A stretch of DNA of 64,000 nt, taken from positions 67,532 through 131,531 of the forward strand of contig CAZOYD010000001.1 in the NCBI GenBank assembly GCA_964583985.1. The letters are read 5' to 3'. Numbering within the stretch: the first letter of the stretch is position 1; each line of letters starts with the position of its first letter. This document shows positions 21,618-32,155 of the stretch, one piece after another. Position numbers and translations under genes: made by a program. The DNA is from an uncultured archaeon (GTDB taxonomy: Archaea; Asgardarchaeota; Lokiarchaeia; Sigyniarchaeales; SOKP01). The notes beneath the pieces are model-generated. The model did not search any database. It had not been told where the DNA came from and saw only the letters and a program-made list of their open reading frames with translations.

Positions 21618-22178
21618 TTACTCATAATCTAATTTTTGATATGAATATTTTGATTTATCTTGAGGAATTATATAACTGCCTCCACCTGTATCAGTTATCC
21701 TCAAGGTGAATTTAAAATCTCCTTTCATGGCTTTATTTATATTATTTAAAATTTCATCGATTTCTGCTCGTTTTCCTTCGTCTCCGTTTAGATTATTTCG
21801 ATATATTTGCACAGCTTTCTGAAATCGATCCAAGATGCCTTCTACATTCGTATAATAAAAATCTGCACGTGGACCTGGTTCCACTAATACTTCTAATTCA
21901 GGAATCTCTAATACACCGATAGGTGAACGATAGATTTTAGATTTGAGGTCATTTTCATCCGTAACTTGTAATGTAATAATCCCAGGTTCAAGTCTAGTAG
22001 TCAATGGAATCACGTCATTTTTAGTAAACAAGCATTTATTACATTCAAATTTAATAATCAGCATTTTATCCCCGTCGGTTATGTCATAAACTGTTTTGAT
22101 TAAATTGATTGTTCCATCATTACAAGCCGGGCATTTAAATGAAAATTCTTCTTCTGTTTCTTTCGCTTTTTCAGACAT
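21618..22178 (-). CDS. ZPR1-type zinc-finger protein
   Basis: CPAC...CNKC, IPELEVLVEPGP, TNVEGILDR, DTGGGSYI. Confidence 0.88.
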   Translation of the reverse strand: MSEKAKETEEEFSFKCPACNDGTINLIKTVYDITDGDKMLIIKFECNKCLFTKNDVIPLTTRLEPGIITLQVTDENDLKSKIYRSPIGVLEIPELEVLVEPGPRADFYYTNVEGILDRFQKAVQIYRNNLNGDEGKRAEIDEILNNINKAMKGDFKFTLRITDTGGGSYIIPQDKSKYSYQKLDYE

Positions 22179-22379
22179 TGAATCACGACATTATATTTAT
22201 TTCTTGATTCTTTTTAAAGTACCTCAAGTAGAATTCTGAATATTATGAAGAGATTTACTTTTAATCATTACCTAGGATATTTCAAATGATTTATTCTTAT
22301 TAAAACGCACACTTATGATTCTTTTCCAGAAATTTTTAATGGAATGTTAATTATTTTACTTCTAAATGTGTTGATTAAT

Positions 22380-22976
22380 ATGAGTAATGATACTGATATG
22401 GAAAAAATTGTAGAGGTTACTTTCCACGGTCGCGGTGGACAAACAGCAATTACCGCGAGTCAATTATTAGCACAACTTGCGTATGAAAAAGGGTTTAAAG
22501 ACGCAATAGCAATCCCTATAATTGGTGCGGAAAGAAGAGGAGCGCCCATTCAAGCATATTCTAAGTTATCGAGGAATAAGCAAATAAAAACTTTTGATAG
22601 CGTGAAAAATCCAGATTACATAATAATTTTTGATACATCCTTATTAGAGATTCCAGCCATCATGGCTACTATAAAAAGTGGAGTTACGTTACTCATTAAT
22701 AGTAAAAATCCAATTGACACATGTGAATTTCCAGAAAATATCAAATATTTCATAGTGGATGCTACTGGTATATGTATCAAACATAATTTCATGCATTCCA
22801 GTGGACCCATACTAAATATTCCTATGTTAGGAGCATTTGGTAAAATGACAGGATATTATGACATCGAAACAATGAAAAAAGTCATTAATAAAGAATTTGG
22901 AGAGAGTCGGGGTAAGAAAAATATTGATGTTGCTATTGAAGCATATAACAGTGTTAAGGAGGTTGAATATGAATGA
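22380..22976 (+). CDS. porG: 2-oxoacid:ferredoxin oxidoreductase gamma subunit
   Basis: FHGRGGQ, GAERRGAP, NIPMLGAF; start at 22380 or 22398 is more likely than 22344. Confidence 0.9.
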   Translation: MSNDTDMEKIVEVTFHGRGGQTAITASQLLAQLAYEKGFKDAIAIPIIGAERRGAPIQAYSKLSRNKQIKTFDSVKNPDYIIIFDTSLLEIPAIMATIKSGVTLLINSKNPIDTCEFPENIKYFIVDATGICIKHNFMHSSGPILNIPMLGAFGKMTGYYDIETMKKVINKEFGESRGKKNIDVAIEAYNSVKEVEYE

Positions 22977-23311
22977 ACAAAGTTAAATGGAAAAATATAT
23001 GTGAAGCCAAAGATAAAAGACCAGAAGTGCAAGCATATCATAACTGGAAAGAATTACCCCCGATCCCAATTTCTTTTCCAATCAAAGGTAGTATAGGGAC
23101 GACTGGAGATTGGAGAACTTTTAAACCAGTTCTTAATAGAGAGACTTGTACAAAATGTGGAATCTGCTGGATGTATTGTCCAGAGGGCACAATAGTGAGA
23201 AATGAAGAAGGGGAGTTTGAAGTTGATTATGTATATTGTAAGGGTTGTGGTATCTGTGCTAAAGAATGCCCAACGAAAAGTATAGAAATGGAAAGGGAGA
23301 GTGGAGAATAA
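22973..23311 (+). CDS. porD: 2-oxoacid:ferredoxin oxidoreductase delta subunit (2x[4Fe-4S])
   Basis: TGDWRTFKP, CTKCGICWMYCP, CKGCGICAKECP. Confidence 0.92.
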   Translation: MNKVKWKNICEAKDKRPEVQAYHNWKELPPIPISFPIKGSIGTTGDWRTFKPVLNRETCTKCGICWMYCPEGTIVRNEEGEFEVDYVYCKGCGICAKECPTKSIEMERESGE

Positions 23312-24569
23312 TATGATTGACAGCCAAGATGATTTTATACAAGAGAGAGAAACCAAAATCATTAAAGGAAATGAGGCAGCAGCTTATGCGGCAAAATCTG
23401 CACGTGTCCAAGTGATAAGTGCTTATCCAATTACTCCACAAACAACTGTAGTAGAAAAACTATCTGAGTTTGTGGATAATGGTGAGATGCCTGGAACTGA
23501 ATACATCAAGGTCGAATCAGAACACTCAGTAATGGCTTCTATTGTTGGAGCAAGTACTGCAGGAACTCGTACTTTTACTGCTACTTCCGGACAGGGCTTA
23601 TTTTACATGTATGAAATGGTTCATTGGGCAGCAGGTGCTCGTTTACCAATCGTAACTACAATAGCTTCTCGAGGACCGGCGCCACCATGGAATATCTGGG
23701 CCGATTTTACAGATATAATTAGTTGTAGAGATACGGGTTGGATGATTTCATTTGCTGCTAATCATCAAGAGATATATGATGATATTTTAATGTCTTATAA
23801 AATTTGTGAAGATTATGATATCCTATTGCCTAAATTCGTTGCATACGGAGGATTTACTCTCTCTCATACATCTAAACCAGTAACTATAGAAGATCAAGAG
23901 GTTGTTGATAATTTTTTACCGCCTCTTCCAGATGAAAAAGGATGGCCTCACATCTTTTTGGATCCTGAAAGACCAATGATGCATGGAAATCTTATCATGC
24001 CTTCTGGTTTCTATAATGAGTTTAGATTGAAAATCCATCATACAATGCTCATGGCAAAAGATAAAATAAAAAAAGTAACGAAAGAATTCGAAAGCACTTT
24101 TGGAAGGCACTATGGGAATGGTCTGATTCAAGAATATAGAATTAATGATGCTGATGTAGCAATAATTAATTATGGCGAATTAGCCATGCAAATGGAACAA
24201 GCAGTTGACGATTTAAGAGAAGAAGGATATAAAGTAGGGTCAGTTAAATTACGTTATTTAAGACCTTTTCCAGTTGAAGATATCATAAATGTAGCAAGAA
24301 AAGTAAAAATTCTTGGAGTAGCAGATAGAGCTACGGCATTTGGTTCTCCAACTGGAGGTCCAGTAAGTAGTGAGGTGAAAACAGCTTTATATAATTCAAG
24401 TGTTTCTACACAAGTTTTACCAATAATTATGGGATTAGGCGGTAGAGAAGTAAGTTTAGAGCAGCAGAAGAACCAACTTAAAGCGTTGATAAAATTGAAG
24501 GAAACTGGAGAGCTTCCAAGAGATATGATTGATGGAACTTTCTGGGATGGTTTATTGGAGGTGGAATAA
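23301..24569 (+). CDS. porA: 2-oxoacid:ferredoxin oxidoreductase alpha subunit
   Basis: YPITPQT, VESEHS, TATSGQG, LRPFP, GLGGRE. Confidence 0.92.
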   Translation: MENNMIDSQDDFIQERETKIIKGNEAAAYAAKSARVQVISAYPITPQTTVVEKLSEFVDNGEMPGTEYIKVESEHSVMASIVGASTAGTRTFTATSGQGLFYMYEMVHWAAGARLPIVTTIASRGPAPPWNIWADFTDIISCRDTGWMISFAANHQEIYDDILMSYKICEDYDILLPKFVAYGGFTLSHTSKPVTIEDQEVVDNFLPPLPDEKGWPHIFLDPERPMMHGNLIMPSGFYNEFRLKIHHTMLMAKDKIKKVTKEFESTFGRHYGNGLIQEYRINDADVAIINYGELAMQMEQAVDDLREEGYKVGSVKLRYLRPFPVEDIINVARKVKILGVADRATAFGSPTGGPVSSEVKTALYNSSVSTQVLPIIMGLGGREVSLEQQKNQLKALIKLKETGELPRDMIDGTFWDGLLEVE

Positions 24570-24571
24570 AA

Positions 24572-25510
24572 ATGGTTTCAATAAAAGAGGCTTTAAAGGA
24601 TTATCAAGAAGAATTTTTTCTCGCAGGGAATTCTACGTGTGCGGGTTGTGGTCTTGAAATTGCTTTAAGATGGGCAATGAAAGCACTTGGACCAAACACG
24701 TCTTTAGTCACACCTGCAAGCTGTTTGAATGTTGTTGTTGGGTTATGGCCCAAAACAGCTTCAAACTTTCCCTTTATGAACATGGCGTTTGCAGCAGGGG
24801 CAGCAGCAGCAACAGGTGTTTCTGCTGCATTCAAAGCAAAAGCTTATAGGTTTCCTGGTAAAGTATGGGAAAAAATGACGACTTTAGTTTTTGCGGGTGA
24901 TGGCGGAACAACTGATATAGGCATTCAAGGATTAAGTGGTGCTGCTGAAAGAAATTCAAATATCATCTATTGCTGTTATGATAATGAGGCATATATGAAT
25001 ACGGGGATTCAACGATCATCTAGCACGCCTCATGGTGCAATTACAACAACCACTACTTTAGGTAAGGAACAATATAAAAAAAATCTTCCACAAATAATGG
25101 CGGCACATGAAATTCCCTATGTTGCGACTTGTTCTGTGAGTGAACCTTTAGATATTTTCGAGAAATTTAAGAAAGCAAAATCTATTGAAGGATGTAAATA
25201 TATCCATATATTAGCATCGTGTCCACCTGGATGGGGGATAGCCTCTGAAGATGCAGTCGAAATTCCTCGTCTTGCTGTCAAGACAGGATCTTGGATTTTA
25301 TATGAAATTGAAAATGGAGTAATTACCTTATCAAAAAAGAGCAAACTATTATTAGATCCTTCAAAGAGGGTGCCTTTAATAGAATATTTATCCCGACAAA
25401 AAAGATTTTCAAAGATCTCAGAAAAAGCTTTAATTGAACTTCAGGAGCAACTTGATCTTCAATGGATAAAAATCGCGAATGAAATAAAGTGTCAAGAAAA
25501 TCTTGCTTAA
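24572..25510 (+). CDS. porB: 2-oxoacid:ferredoxin oxidoreductase beta subunit (TPP-binding)
   Basis: CAGCG, GDGG...DNEAYMNTGIQRS, CPPGW. Confidence 0.92.
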   Translation: MVSIKEALKDYQEEFFLAGNSTCAGCGLEIALRWAMKALGPNTSLVTPASCLNVVVGLWPKTASNFPFMNMAFAAGAAAATGVSAAFKAKAYRFPGKVWEKMTTLVFAGDGGTTDIGIQGLSGAAERNSNIIYCCYDNEAYMNTGIQRSSSTPHGAITTTTTLGKEQYKKNLPQIMAAHEIPYVATCSVSEPLDIFEKFKKAKSIEGCKYIHILASCPPGWGIASEDAVEIPRLAVKTGSWILYEIENGVITLSKKSKLLLDPSKRVPLIEYLSRQKRFSKISEKALIELQEQLDLQWIKIANEIKCQENLA

Positions 25511-25567
25511 ATTCATTTATTTTTATATTCCAGATTTTTAATATTATAATAATGGAAGAGAGTTCTA

Positions 25568-26224
25568 ATGGGTTTCTTAATCAAGCTTCAAGGAAAAGAG
25601 CTTAAAGACATAGAATTATACCTTGACGTTGCTGTAGATAACATCATTGAGGGCAAATTAATTGCTTTTCCAACCGATAGTGTATATGGAATTGGAGGAG
25701 ATCCTCTCAATAAAGAGGTGATTGAAAGGATTTTTGATATAAAATTCCGTGATCGAAAGAAAGGTTTATTATTACTTGTTTCTGATTATGAAGAGGCAAC
25801 AAAAATAGTTCAATTTAATAATATCGCGAATGTTCTGGTAAAACATTTTTGGCCTGGACAATTGACTCTGATTTTAAAAAGAAGAGAAACATGTATTATT
25901 CCAGAAGAGGTTTCAGCTTTTCAAAACACACTTGGTATCAGAGTTCCAGAAAATGAAATTATAATGAGCATATTAGAAAAATTAAAAACTAAAGGTCGAT
26001 TTGGAGGAATAATTGGAACTTCAGCAAATTATTCAGGAGAACCTCCTTCCATAAGTGGAGATGAGGTGGCTCATAAATTTTTAAGTCCAATTGATTTCAT
26101 TATTGATGGAGGTAAATCTAAATCTAATATATCCACGACTATTGTAGATTGCACTTCCCAAGAACCGAAATTTCTAAGAATTGGTGCAATATCGGAAGAA
26201 GAGGTCCTCGATGTATTGAAATAA
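25568..26224 (+). CDS. tsaC: Threonylcarbamoyl-AMP synthase, single YrdC domain (TsaC-type)
   Basis: FPTDSVYG, KxR (KFR), WPGQLTLI, TSANYSGEP, STTIVD. Confidence 0.9.
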   Translation: MGFLIKLQGKELKDIELYLDVAVDNIIEGKLIAFPTDSVYGIGGDPLNKEVIERIFDIKFRDRKKGLLLLVSDYEEATKIVQFNNIANVLVKHFWPGQLTLILKRRETCIIPEEVSAFQNTLGIRVPENEIIMSILEKLKTKGRFGGIIGTSANYSGEPPSISGDEVAHKFLSPIDFIIDGGKSKSNISTTIVDCTSQEPKFLRIGAISEEEVLDVLK

Positions 26225-26249
26225 ACAGAAATTTAATTACCTAAGGAAC

Positions 26250-26783
26250 ATGACGAATAATTTCAATTTTTTAGTATCAACTTCCCGTTTTAACGAGACC
26301 AACGCTAAAGCAGAATTATGGTTTACTTTATTAACATGTGGAGATCGATATCCTATCATTTCAAGTTTAGAATTTCAAGGGTTGTTGACAGCATTTACGA
26401 CACTCAGAAAAGAAGAAGTTATTTCTAAAATTAAAGAATTACTGAAAATAGATCCAACCTTTTTTCAATATATTTTAAAAATAGTACCAATTGATTTTGT
26501 ATGCGAAACTGATGTAGAAGTCATAAAAGAAATTATCCAAACACATCATAACGAATATCTCGAAGAGGATGAATCCTTTAGGATAGATTTAAAAAGACGG
26601 AATAATGAAATTATCAATAGATCTCAATTAATTAAGGTTGTTGCAGAAATTTTTAATAATAGAGTTGATTTGGATAATCCTAATAAGATAGTGAGGTTAG
26701 AAATTTTAGGAAATTTTTGTGGAATATCATTTTTACAATTAAATGATATAATTAAAGCTCCTAAAGAGAGTCATGAAATTTAA
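26250..26783 (+). CDS. THUMP-domain RNA-binding protein
   Basis: ILKIVPID, SFRIDLKRR, VDLDNPNKIVRLEILG. Confidence 0.85.
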   Translation: MTNNFNFLVSTSRFNETNAKAELWFTLLTCGDRYPIISSLEFQGLLTAFTTLRKEEVISKIKELLKIDPTFFQYILKIVPIDFVCETDVEVIKEIIQTHHNEYLEEDESFRIDLKRRNNEIINRSQLIKVVAEIFNNRVDLDNPNKIVRLEILGNFCGISFLQLNDIIKAPKESHEI

Positions 26784-27451
26784 TTTATCTTTATTTTTTC
26801 TAAACTTAAGAGTGCCATTTTTTCACAGATTAAATCATTTAGAGCCATGTATAAATTAATTAAATCTTCTTTAGTTGGTTTTGTCGATAAATAACTCAAG
26901 TCGTAAGACTTTAAAATAACAGAAATTTGATTGTCTGATATTTGGAAATAATTTTTAACTCGCTTAAATTTTTCATATTCAAAATTATCCAAGTTTAGAA
27001 TTGAGTGTTTAGCATTTAATTTTTGAAGGATGATTTCATCTATCCATGAAAGCTCTGTTGAAAGGGATATTATGCAATAATTAAGCTCTTTATTTGAAAC
27101 ATTTGTATAATTCAATCCAAAATCCTTTAAACCTTGTTTGATTTGTCTTTTTGATGCTAAGTAAAGAATAAATTCTAAATTTTTTTGATTTGATATGTTT
27201 GTTCCATTATTAAATGCTTTAATTGTAAAATAACAAGCATTAAATACATGTACTGAGTTCAAAGTGAACTCATCGTTAAAAAATTGGATCATAGATCCTT
27301 TTGTTTCGTTTTCGAGATCCTCAACCAATTTAAAGAGATTCTTTGAAGTCAATGAATTTGACCCCATTTGGAGTTTTGAAATACCAAAATTATATTTTAA
27401 ATCGATTTCATTAATTTTAATTGATTTTGTAATCATACTGGAATACTCCAA
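26780..27451 (-). CDS. cgi121: KEOPS subunit Cgi121
   Basis: IQFFN...HVFNA...NLEFILYLASKRQIKQGLKDFG...EKMALL. Confidence 0.8.
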   Translation of the reverse strand: MEYSSMITKSIKINEIDLKYNFGISKLQMGSNSLTSKNLFKLVEDLENETKGSMIQFFNDEFTLNSVHVFNACYFTIKAFNNGTNISNQKNLEFILYLASKRQIKQGLKDFGLNYTNVSNKELNYCIISLSTELSWIDEIILQKLNAKHSILNLDNFEYEKFKRVKNYFQISDNQISVILKSYDLSYLSTKPTKEDLINLYMALNDLICEKMALLSLEKIKIN

Positions 27452-28200
27452 TTAAACCAGATTGGCATATAATTCAAATTAATCCTTATGAGAATTAAAA
27501 AGAATAGTAAAGCTAATAAATAAAATGTGAAAACCCAATCTTTAGCGTTATATTTAATAGTAAAATAATACGTACGTTTCTGTTCACTCCCAAAAGCTCT
27601 TGATTCCAATGCTTCGGCAACATTAAAAGCCCTTTTTATAGAGCTAATTATTAAAGGGACTAAGAGTGGAAAAAGATTTTTAATTTGATTAATTATACCT
27701 TTCTGTTGCATTTCATAACCCCTGCTTTGTTGCGCATCCATAATATTTTGGGCCTCTATTGCAATAGTAGGAACAAATCTAAATGCTAATGAAAATGAGA
27801 AAGCAAATTCGTATGGAATTTTCATGGAGATTAAAGATAAAGCTAAATCATTTGGATCAACAGTTAAGAAAAATATAGAAAATGCGGATAGCATTATCGA
27901 TATTCTAAGAACCATTGCTATAGCAAAATTCAATGAGAGAAATAACGTATTTAAAAGAATAATGATGATAAAGAGAAACGACATGCCTCTTAAGCTTTTA
28001 AACCATAATTTGAATAATCTACCAATAAGTATGAGAGGTATTAAGCTAACAAATAAGATAAATAAGGGAATTATTTCATTGAACATTAAAGCATTTATTG
28101 TATAAATAATTGCAAACAAGAGTTTAGCACGTGGATCAAGGTTATGTATTAATGTATTTTTCTTGAAAAACCTAAATGCATTTAGAAATTGCAAGGACAA
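27433..28200 (-). CDS. ecfT: ECF transporter transmembrane component T
   Basis: LDPRAKL, LAFRFVPTI, AQQSRG, AEALESRAF. Confidence 0.9.
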   Translation of the reverse strand: MSLQFLNAFRFFKKNTLIHNLDPRAKLLFAIIYTINALMFNEIIPLFILFVSLIPLILIGRLFKLWFKSLRGMSFLFIIIILLNTLFLSLNFAIAMVLRISIMLSAFSIFFLTVDPNDLALSLISMKIPYEFAFSFSLAFRFVPTIAIEAQNIMDAQQSRGYEMQQKGIINQIKNLFPLLVPLIISSIKRAFNVAEALESRAFGSEQKRTYYFTIKYNAKDWVFTFYLLALLFFLILIRINLNYMPIWFNWSIPV

Positions 28201-29055
28201 TTATTTCTCCTCCATTTTTTGCAGTTCAAAATAGTTTGATAGGAATTTTACCATATCTGCTTTCATTATAATATTATCAGGAACTTCTAATCCCATACTT
28301 TTCAATCCTAATTTTAATCTAGAGACTTGAGGTAGTATTAAAGAGGACCTATTAACAAGCATTTCATTAGTCAATATTCTATTTGTTGGTCCATCTGCTA
28401 GAATTCTTCCTCCAGTCATTAATACTACTCGAGGAACGTGTTCAAATGCAAATTCTACATTATGTGTAACCATAATTATCGTTTTTTGCTTCCTATACTC
28501 TTTTTCAAGCATATTTAGAAAAATATTAATTTCATTCGCGTCTTGACCGAGAGTTGGTTCATCAAATACCAATATATCTGGATCACGGCACATTATAGAA
28601 GCAAGTGCTAATTTTTTTGATTCACCTCCGGATAAATTCATTGGTGAATGGCTTGCATATCTTTCAAATCCATACTCTTTTAAAATCGTATTAGTTCTCT
28701 GTTCGATTTCATCTTTACTTATATCTAAGCTTTTCAAAGAAAATTTTATTTCTTCTTCTACGGTATTTGAAAATAATTGATGCATTGGATTTTGAAAGAT
28801 TATACCTACTTTTTTTGATAGCGAGCCTATTGTGGACGCGATTATATCTTTCCCTTCAATTAAAACTCTTCCTGAATTAGGTCGTAGTAATCCATTTAAC
28901 ATTCGAATTAAGGTAGTTTTTCCCGCTCCATTTTGTCCCATAATTGCCATCGTTTCTCCTTTGTTTATTTTAAGATTTATCTCCTTTAGTGCTATCGTTC
29001 CATTGGGATAGGAAAAATTCACTCCTTGAAAATAAATTAATGAATTCATATTCAA
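28201..29055 (-). CDS. ecfA2: ECF transporter ATPase
   Basis: GQNGAGKT, FQNPMHQ, LSGGE, DEPT. Confidence 0.85.
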   Translation of the reverse strand: MNMNSLIYFQGVNFSYPNGTIALKEINLKINKGETMAIMGQNGAGKTTLIRMLNGLLRPNSGRVLIEGKDIIASTIGSLSKKVGIIFQNPMHQLFSNTVEEEIKFSLKSLDISKDEIEQRTNTILKEYGFERYASHSPMNLSGGESKKLALASIMCRDPDILVFDEPTLGQDANEINIFLNMLEKEYRKQKTIIMVTHNVEFAFEHVPRVVLMTGGRILADGPTNRILTNEMLVNRSSLILPQVSRLKLGLKSMGLEVPDNIIMKADMVKFLSNYFELQKMEEK

Positions 29056-29888
29056 TCACCATTCTTTTTAGCGCATCTTTTTAATGCTTGTTCAATAGAT
29101 ACGGGGATTAACTTTTGGTCGAAATTCAATTGCTTAAAGATTGAATATATAACCGGTTTATTTATATTTAGGTCATCGAAAACCTCACTACCTATTACTT
29201 TTTCTGTTGAATCATGAATAAGGATACTCCCTCCTTTCATTAATATGATCTCGTCAACTAAGGATATCAGTAAATCTAATCTATGTTCACTAATTAGGAT
29301 GGTAACTTTTTTTTCTTCTTGAATTTTTTTTAATAAATTAATAATTTTCTGAGCAAAGAGGGGGTCTAAACTAGCGGTAGGTTCATCTAAAATGATGAGT
29401 GTTGGCTCTAATGCCAAAATTGATGCAATTGCGACTCTTTGTTGTTCACCCCCGCTCAATTCAAATGGAGCTTTAGATAAAAGATTTTTAATTTCAGTCA
29501 ATTCTACTACTTCTTGGATTCGTTCTTTAATAAGATCAGGGGAAACTCCGAGATTTTCTAATCCAAAAGCAATTTCATGTTCAACATTCATTGTGATTAA
29601 TTGATTCTCAGGGTTTTGAAAAACAATTCCTACTTCAGAAGAGAGAGATGCAATCGGTGTTGATGTTGTATTTCTACCTTTTACCTCAACATTTCCTTTA
29701 TAATGACCTGTATAAAATTGCGGAATTAAGCCATTCATACAACGTATTAAGGAAGTTTTCCCTGAACCAGTTTCTCCAGCTAATAAAATAAATTTATCTC
29801 TTTCAATTGATAATTTGATATCATTTAAAGCATAGATCTCATTTCCTTTATACCGAAAATAAAAATTATGAAACTTAACTAAGCTCAT
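29052..29888 (-). CDS. ecfA1: ECF transporter ATPase
   Basis: GETGSGKT, FQNPENQ, LSGGEQQR, DEPT. Confidence 0.85.
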   Translation of the reverse strand: MSLVKFHNFYFRYKGNEIYALNDIKLSIERDKFILLAGETGSGKTSLIRCMNGLIPQFYTGHYKGNVEVKGRNTTSTPIASLSSEVGIVFQNPENQLITMNVEHEIAFGLENLGVSPDLIKERIQEVVELTEIKNLLSKAPFELSGGEQQRVAIASILALEPTLIILDEPTASLDPLFAQKIINLLKKIQEEKKVTILISEHRLDLLISLVDEIILMKGGSILIHDSTEKVIGSEVFDDLNINKPVIYSIFKQLNFDQKLIPVSIEQALKRCAKKNGD

Positions 29889-29916
29889 CGTGTCAATGGG
29901 TCTATTTTTCTTATAA

Positions 29917-30921
29917 TTATAACGAAAGGTCGTTAATTAAAGTTTGTTTTATTTCATTTATCAATTCATCAAGATTTACATCCGTTTCATCCTTGATGTG
30001 CGCACTAGCTGCCCCATTATGACCACCACCACTACCTCGATATAAATCATTTAAAATTTTGCCAAGATGTAATCTTGTATTTTGGCATACCTCGTTCTTT
30101 GCCCTGCTTGTTATTTTAGTACCTGTATTATCTCTTGAATATACAATACTTACATCAAATCCGACGTTCAAGAGTGTAGATGCAACTGAGGCTCTATAAT
30201 TGCTAACTTGAGTTATTCCAATTAACCAATCTTTTACCCGAATTAATTTTACTCTTTGTAGACCTTTAATTTCAGCAATTTTCTCTGAGATGTCTATATC
30301 TAACTCTAGTAATTTCTTGATTTCTTGAAACTCAATTTTTGGAGTCAGCAATCTTGAGATTAGTTTTATTGAATTATTATTACTATATTTAAAGAAACCC
30401 GTATCTGTTAAAATACCCGAAATGAGAAGAATTTTAGTTTGAGAAGACAATTTTAAAGAAAGATGTTTATAGAACTCAAAGATAATCTCAGATGTGGAAT
30501 AACGAGTATCATCTATTAAATTCAGTGTGGAATTATTTGGATTTAAATTCATGTGATGATCAATGAATATAAACGGAATTTCCAGTTTTGTTATGTCATC
30601 TACTCCATTAATAATAATTTGATCGAAATTATTTGAATCTAATACTATTATTACGTCTATTTGGGAGATATCGAATTCATTGTCCCCGAAGAGATCAATA
30701 TTAGGATATTTCTGAAGGAATTTTGTAATGAAACTCTTTGTTGATTTCGTTATTTTAGAATAAGTTAGATACACTTTTTTATTTGGCCAAATTTGATTAA
30801 GCAAAAATTTGAAAGCTTGAGTTGAGGCGAGAGCGTCATTATCAACTAGATTATGAGTTGTGATTAAAGGCGTTTTATTCTTTAAAAATTGGACTAACCC
30901 ATCAATTTCAGATTTGTACAT
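29917..30921 (-). CDS. DHH/DHHA1 phosphoesterase
   Basis: THNLVDND, IDHH, GILTDTG, GGGHNGAA. Confidence 0.88.
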   Translation of the reverse strand: MYKSEIDGLVQFLKNKTPLITTHNLVDNDALASTQAFKFLLNQIWPNKKVYLTYSKITKSTKSFITKFLQKYPNIDLFGDNEFDISQIDVIIVLDSNNFDQIIINGVDDITKLEIPFIFIDHHMNLNPNNSTLNLIDDTRYSTSEIIFEFYKHLSLKLSSQTKILLISGILTDTGFFKYSNNNSIKLISRLLTPKIEFQEIKKLLELDIDISEKIAEIKGLQRVKLIRVKDWLIGITQVSNYRASVASTLLNVGFDVSIVYSRDNTGTKITSRAKNEVCQNTRLHLGKILNDLYRGSGGGHNGAASAHIKDETDVNLDELINEIKQTLINDLSL

Positions 30922-30937
30922 GAACTATACAAGGAGG

Positions 30938-31297
30938 TTAATTGGTGATTTGCAGATCATTTTGAAGAGATTTTTGCATTGTTTCAAAATTGGTTTTAGT
31001 TCTATTGATATTTTGAGCGAGTGTTTTGGAGCGCATTTCAAGTGTTATTTTTAGAGATTTTTTTTCATCAAGGAGCTTATTTCTTTCACTTTTAACCATT
31101 ATTCCCCCAATACTTTTATATACTATAGTAGTTGGCTCAGCTTTTTCTAATTCCTCTATTGCGAGTGTTGCTTCACTTAATGAGGTTTCATTCTGTAATT
31201 GTTGTTGAGTTAAAATTTCCAAATTCCGACTTAAGTTATTTAAATCTTGGATTTTTTTTTTAGTAGCTTCATCTAATTGGTCAAAATTTATCGTCAT
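30938..31297 (-). CDS. pfdB: Prefoldin beta subunit
   Basis: Coiled coils flanking VYKSIGGIMVK; conserved position after pcc1. Confidence 0.9.
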   Translation of the reverse strand: MTINFDQLDEATKKKIQDLNNLSRNLEILTQQQLQNETSLSEATLAIEELEKAEPTTIVYKSIGGIMVKSERNKLLDEKKSLKITLEMRSKTLAQNINRTKTNFETMQKSLQNDLQITN

Positions 31298-31371
31298 ATG
31301 AAATATCACTTATAATAATTATAATTGAAAAAATGTGACTAACAATTTGAAATTTACTACTTTAAAATTTG

Positions 31372-31641
31372 TTATACAAGCCTAAAAATTTCTAAAGTAT
31401 GATCAAAAATCCTAAAATTGTTTATTATTTCATTAATAGATGCTCGAAAAGCAGTAATATCGATGCTTTTAATATTGAAGGTCAACGAATTACTTTTTTT
31501 TTCCATTGTTATTGTTGAACGTGGGGACTTTTTTGTGTTGAAATCTGGTAAAAATGATTGATAAGCGACATCACATAAATTAGAGTTAGAAAATTTTATA
31601 ATTACTTGGGATTCAATAGAAAATATTTTTTGATTTTCCAT
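31372..31641 (-). CDS. pcc1: KEOPS subunit Pcc1
   Basis: SFLPD...RS...LTFNIKSIDITAFRASIN; synteny. Confidence 0.85.
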   Translation of the reverse strand: MENQKIFSIESQVIIKFSNSNLCDVAYQSFLPDFNTKKSPRSTITMEKKSNSLTFNIKSIDITAFRASINEIINNFRIFDHTLEIFRLV

Positions 31642-31931
31642 TATTCCTCGATAGCTTCTATTTCTCGTTGCTTACGTTTTGAAATCCTATAAGATTCTGC
31701 TCCACGAGGGGTTTCTGTATAATAAGCGCCCCCTGTGAACGTTGCCCCACACTTTCGACAATGCCAAACTCCCGTTGAGACCCTGTTAATAGATCCAATA
31801 GTTTCACATTTAGGGCAAGATAGTTTTTTACTTTTTTCTTTCTCCATTACTAAACGCCATTTTTTTCTGACATTTGCACCATAACGAGGACCAAAACTAC
31901 CGTCAATAGTTACTTTCTTCTTTTTTGGCAT
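31641..31931 (-). CDS. rpl37ae: 50S ribosomal protein L37Ae (eL43)
   Basis: Start MPKKKK at 31931; FGPRYG, CPKC...GVWHCRKCGATFTGGAY. Confidence 0.93.
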   Translation of the reverse strand: MPKKKKVTIDGSFGPRYGANVRKKWRLVMEKEKSKKLSCPKCETIGSINRVSTGVWHCRKCGATFTGGAYYTETPRGAESYRISKRKQREIEAIEE

Positions 31932-32155
31932 GTAATCACGTTCATTTACAATTGAAAGTGTAAAATTTTCAAATTTAATACATGTAATTTTTGTTGATAA
32001 ATTAATTTTTCTATTTCTTTGACCATTATTCATATGAACAATTATTAACCATTTCGAAGGCATGATATAAAGAGTTTTAAGCAAGGGGATATTAAATCAG
32101 TTTATTGGGATAATAGAATTAGTGTTACTAAATTATAAAATATTAAGTGTAAGCA

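Noticed and set aside
31932-32084. N-terminal extension of L37Ae in the ORF track (likewise pyrD 57557-57643)
   Set aside because: AT-rich promoter sequence that is open by chance; family homology starts at the downstream ATG.
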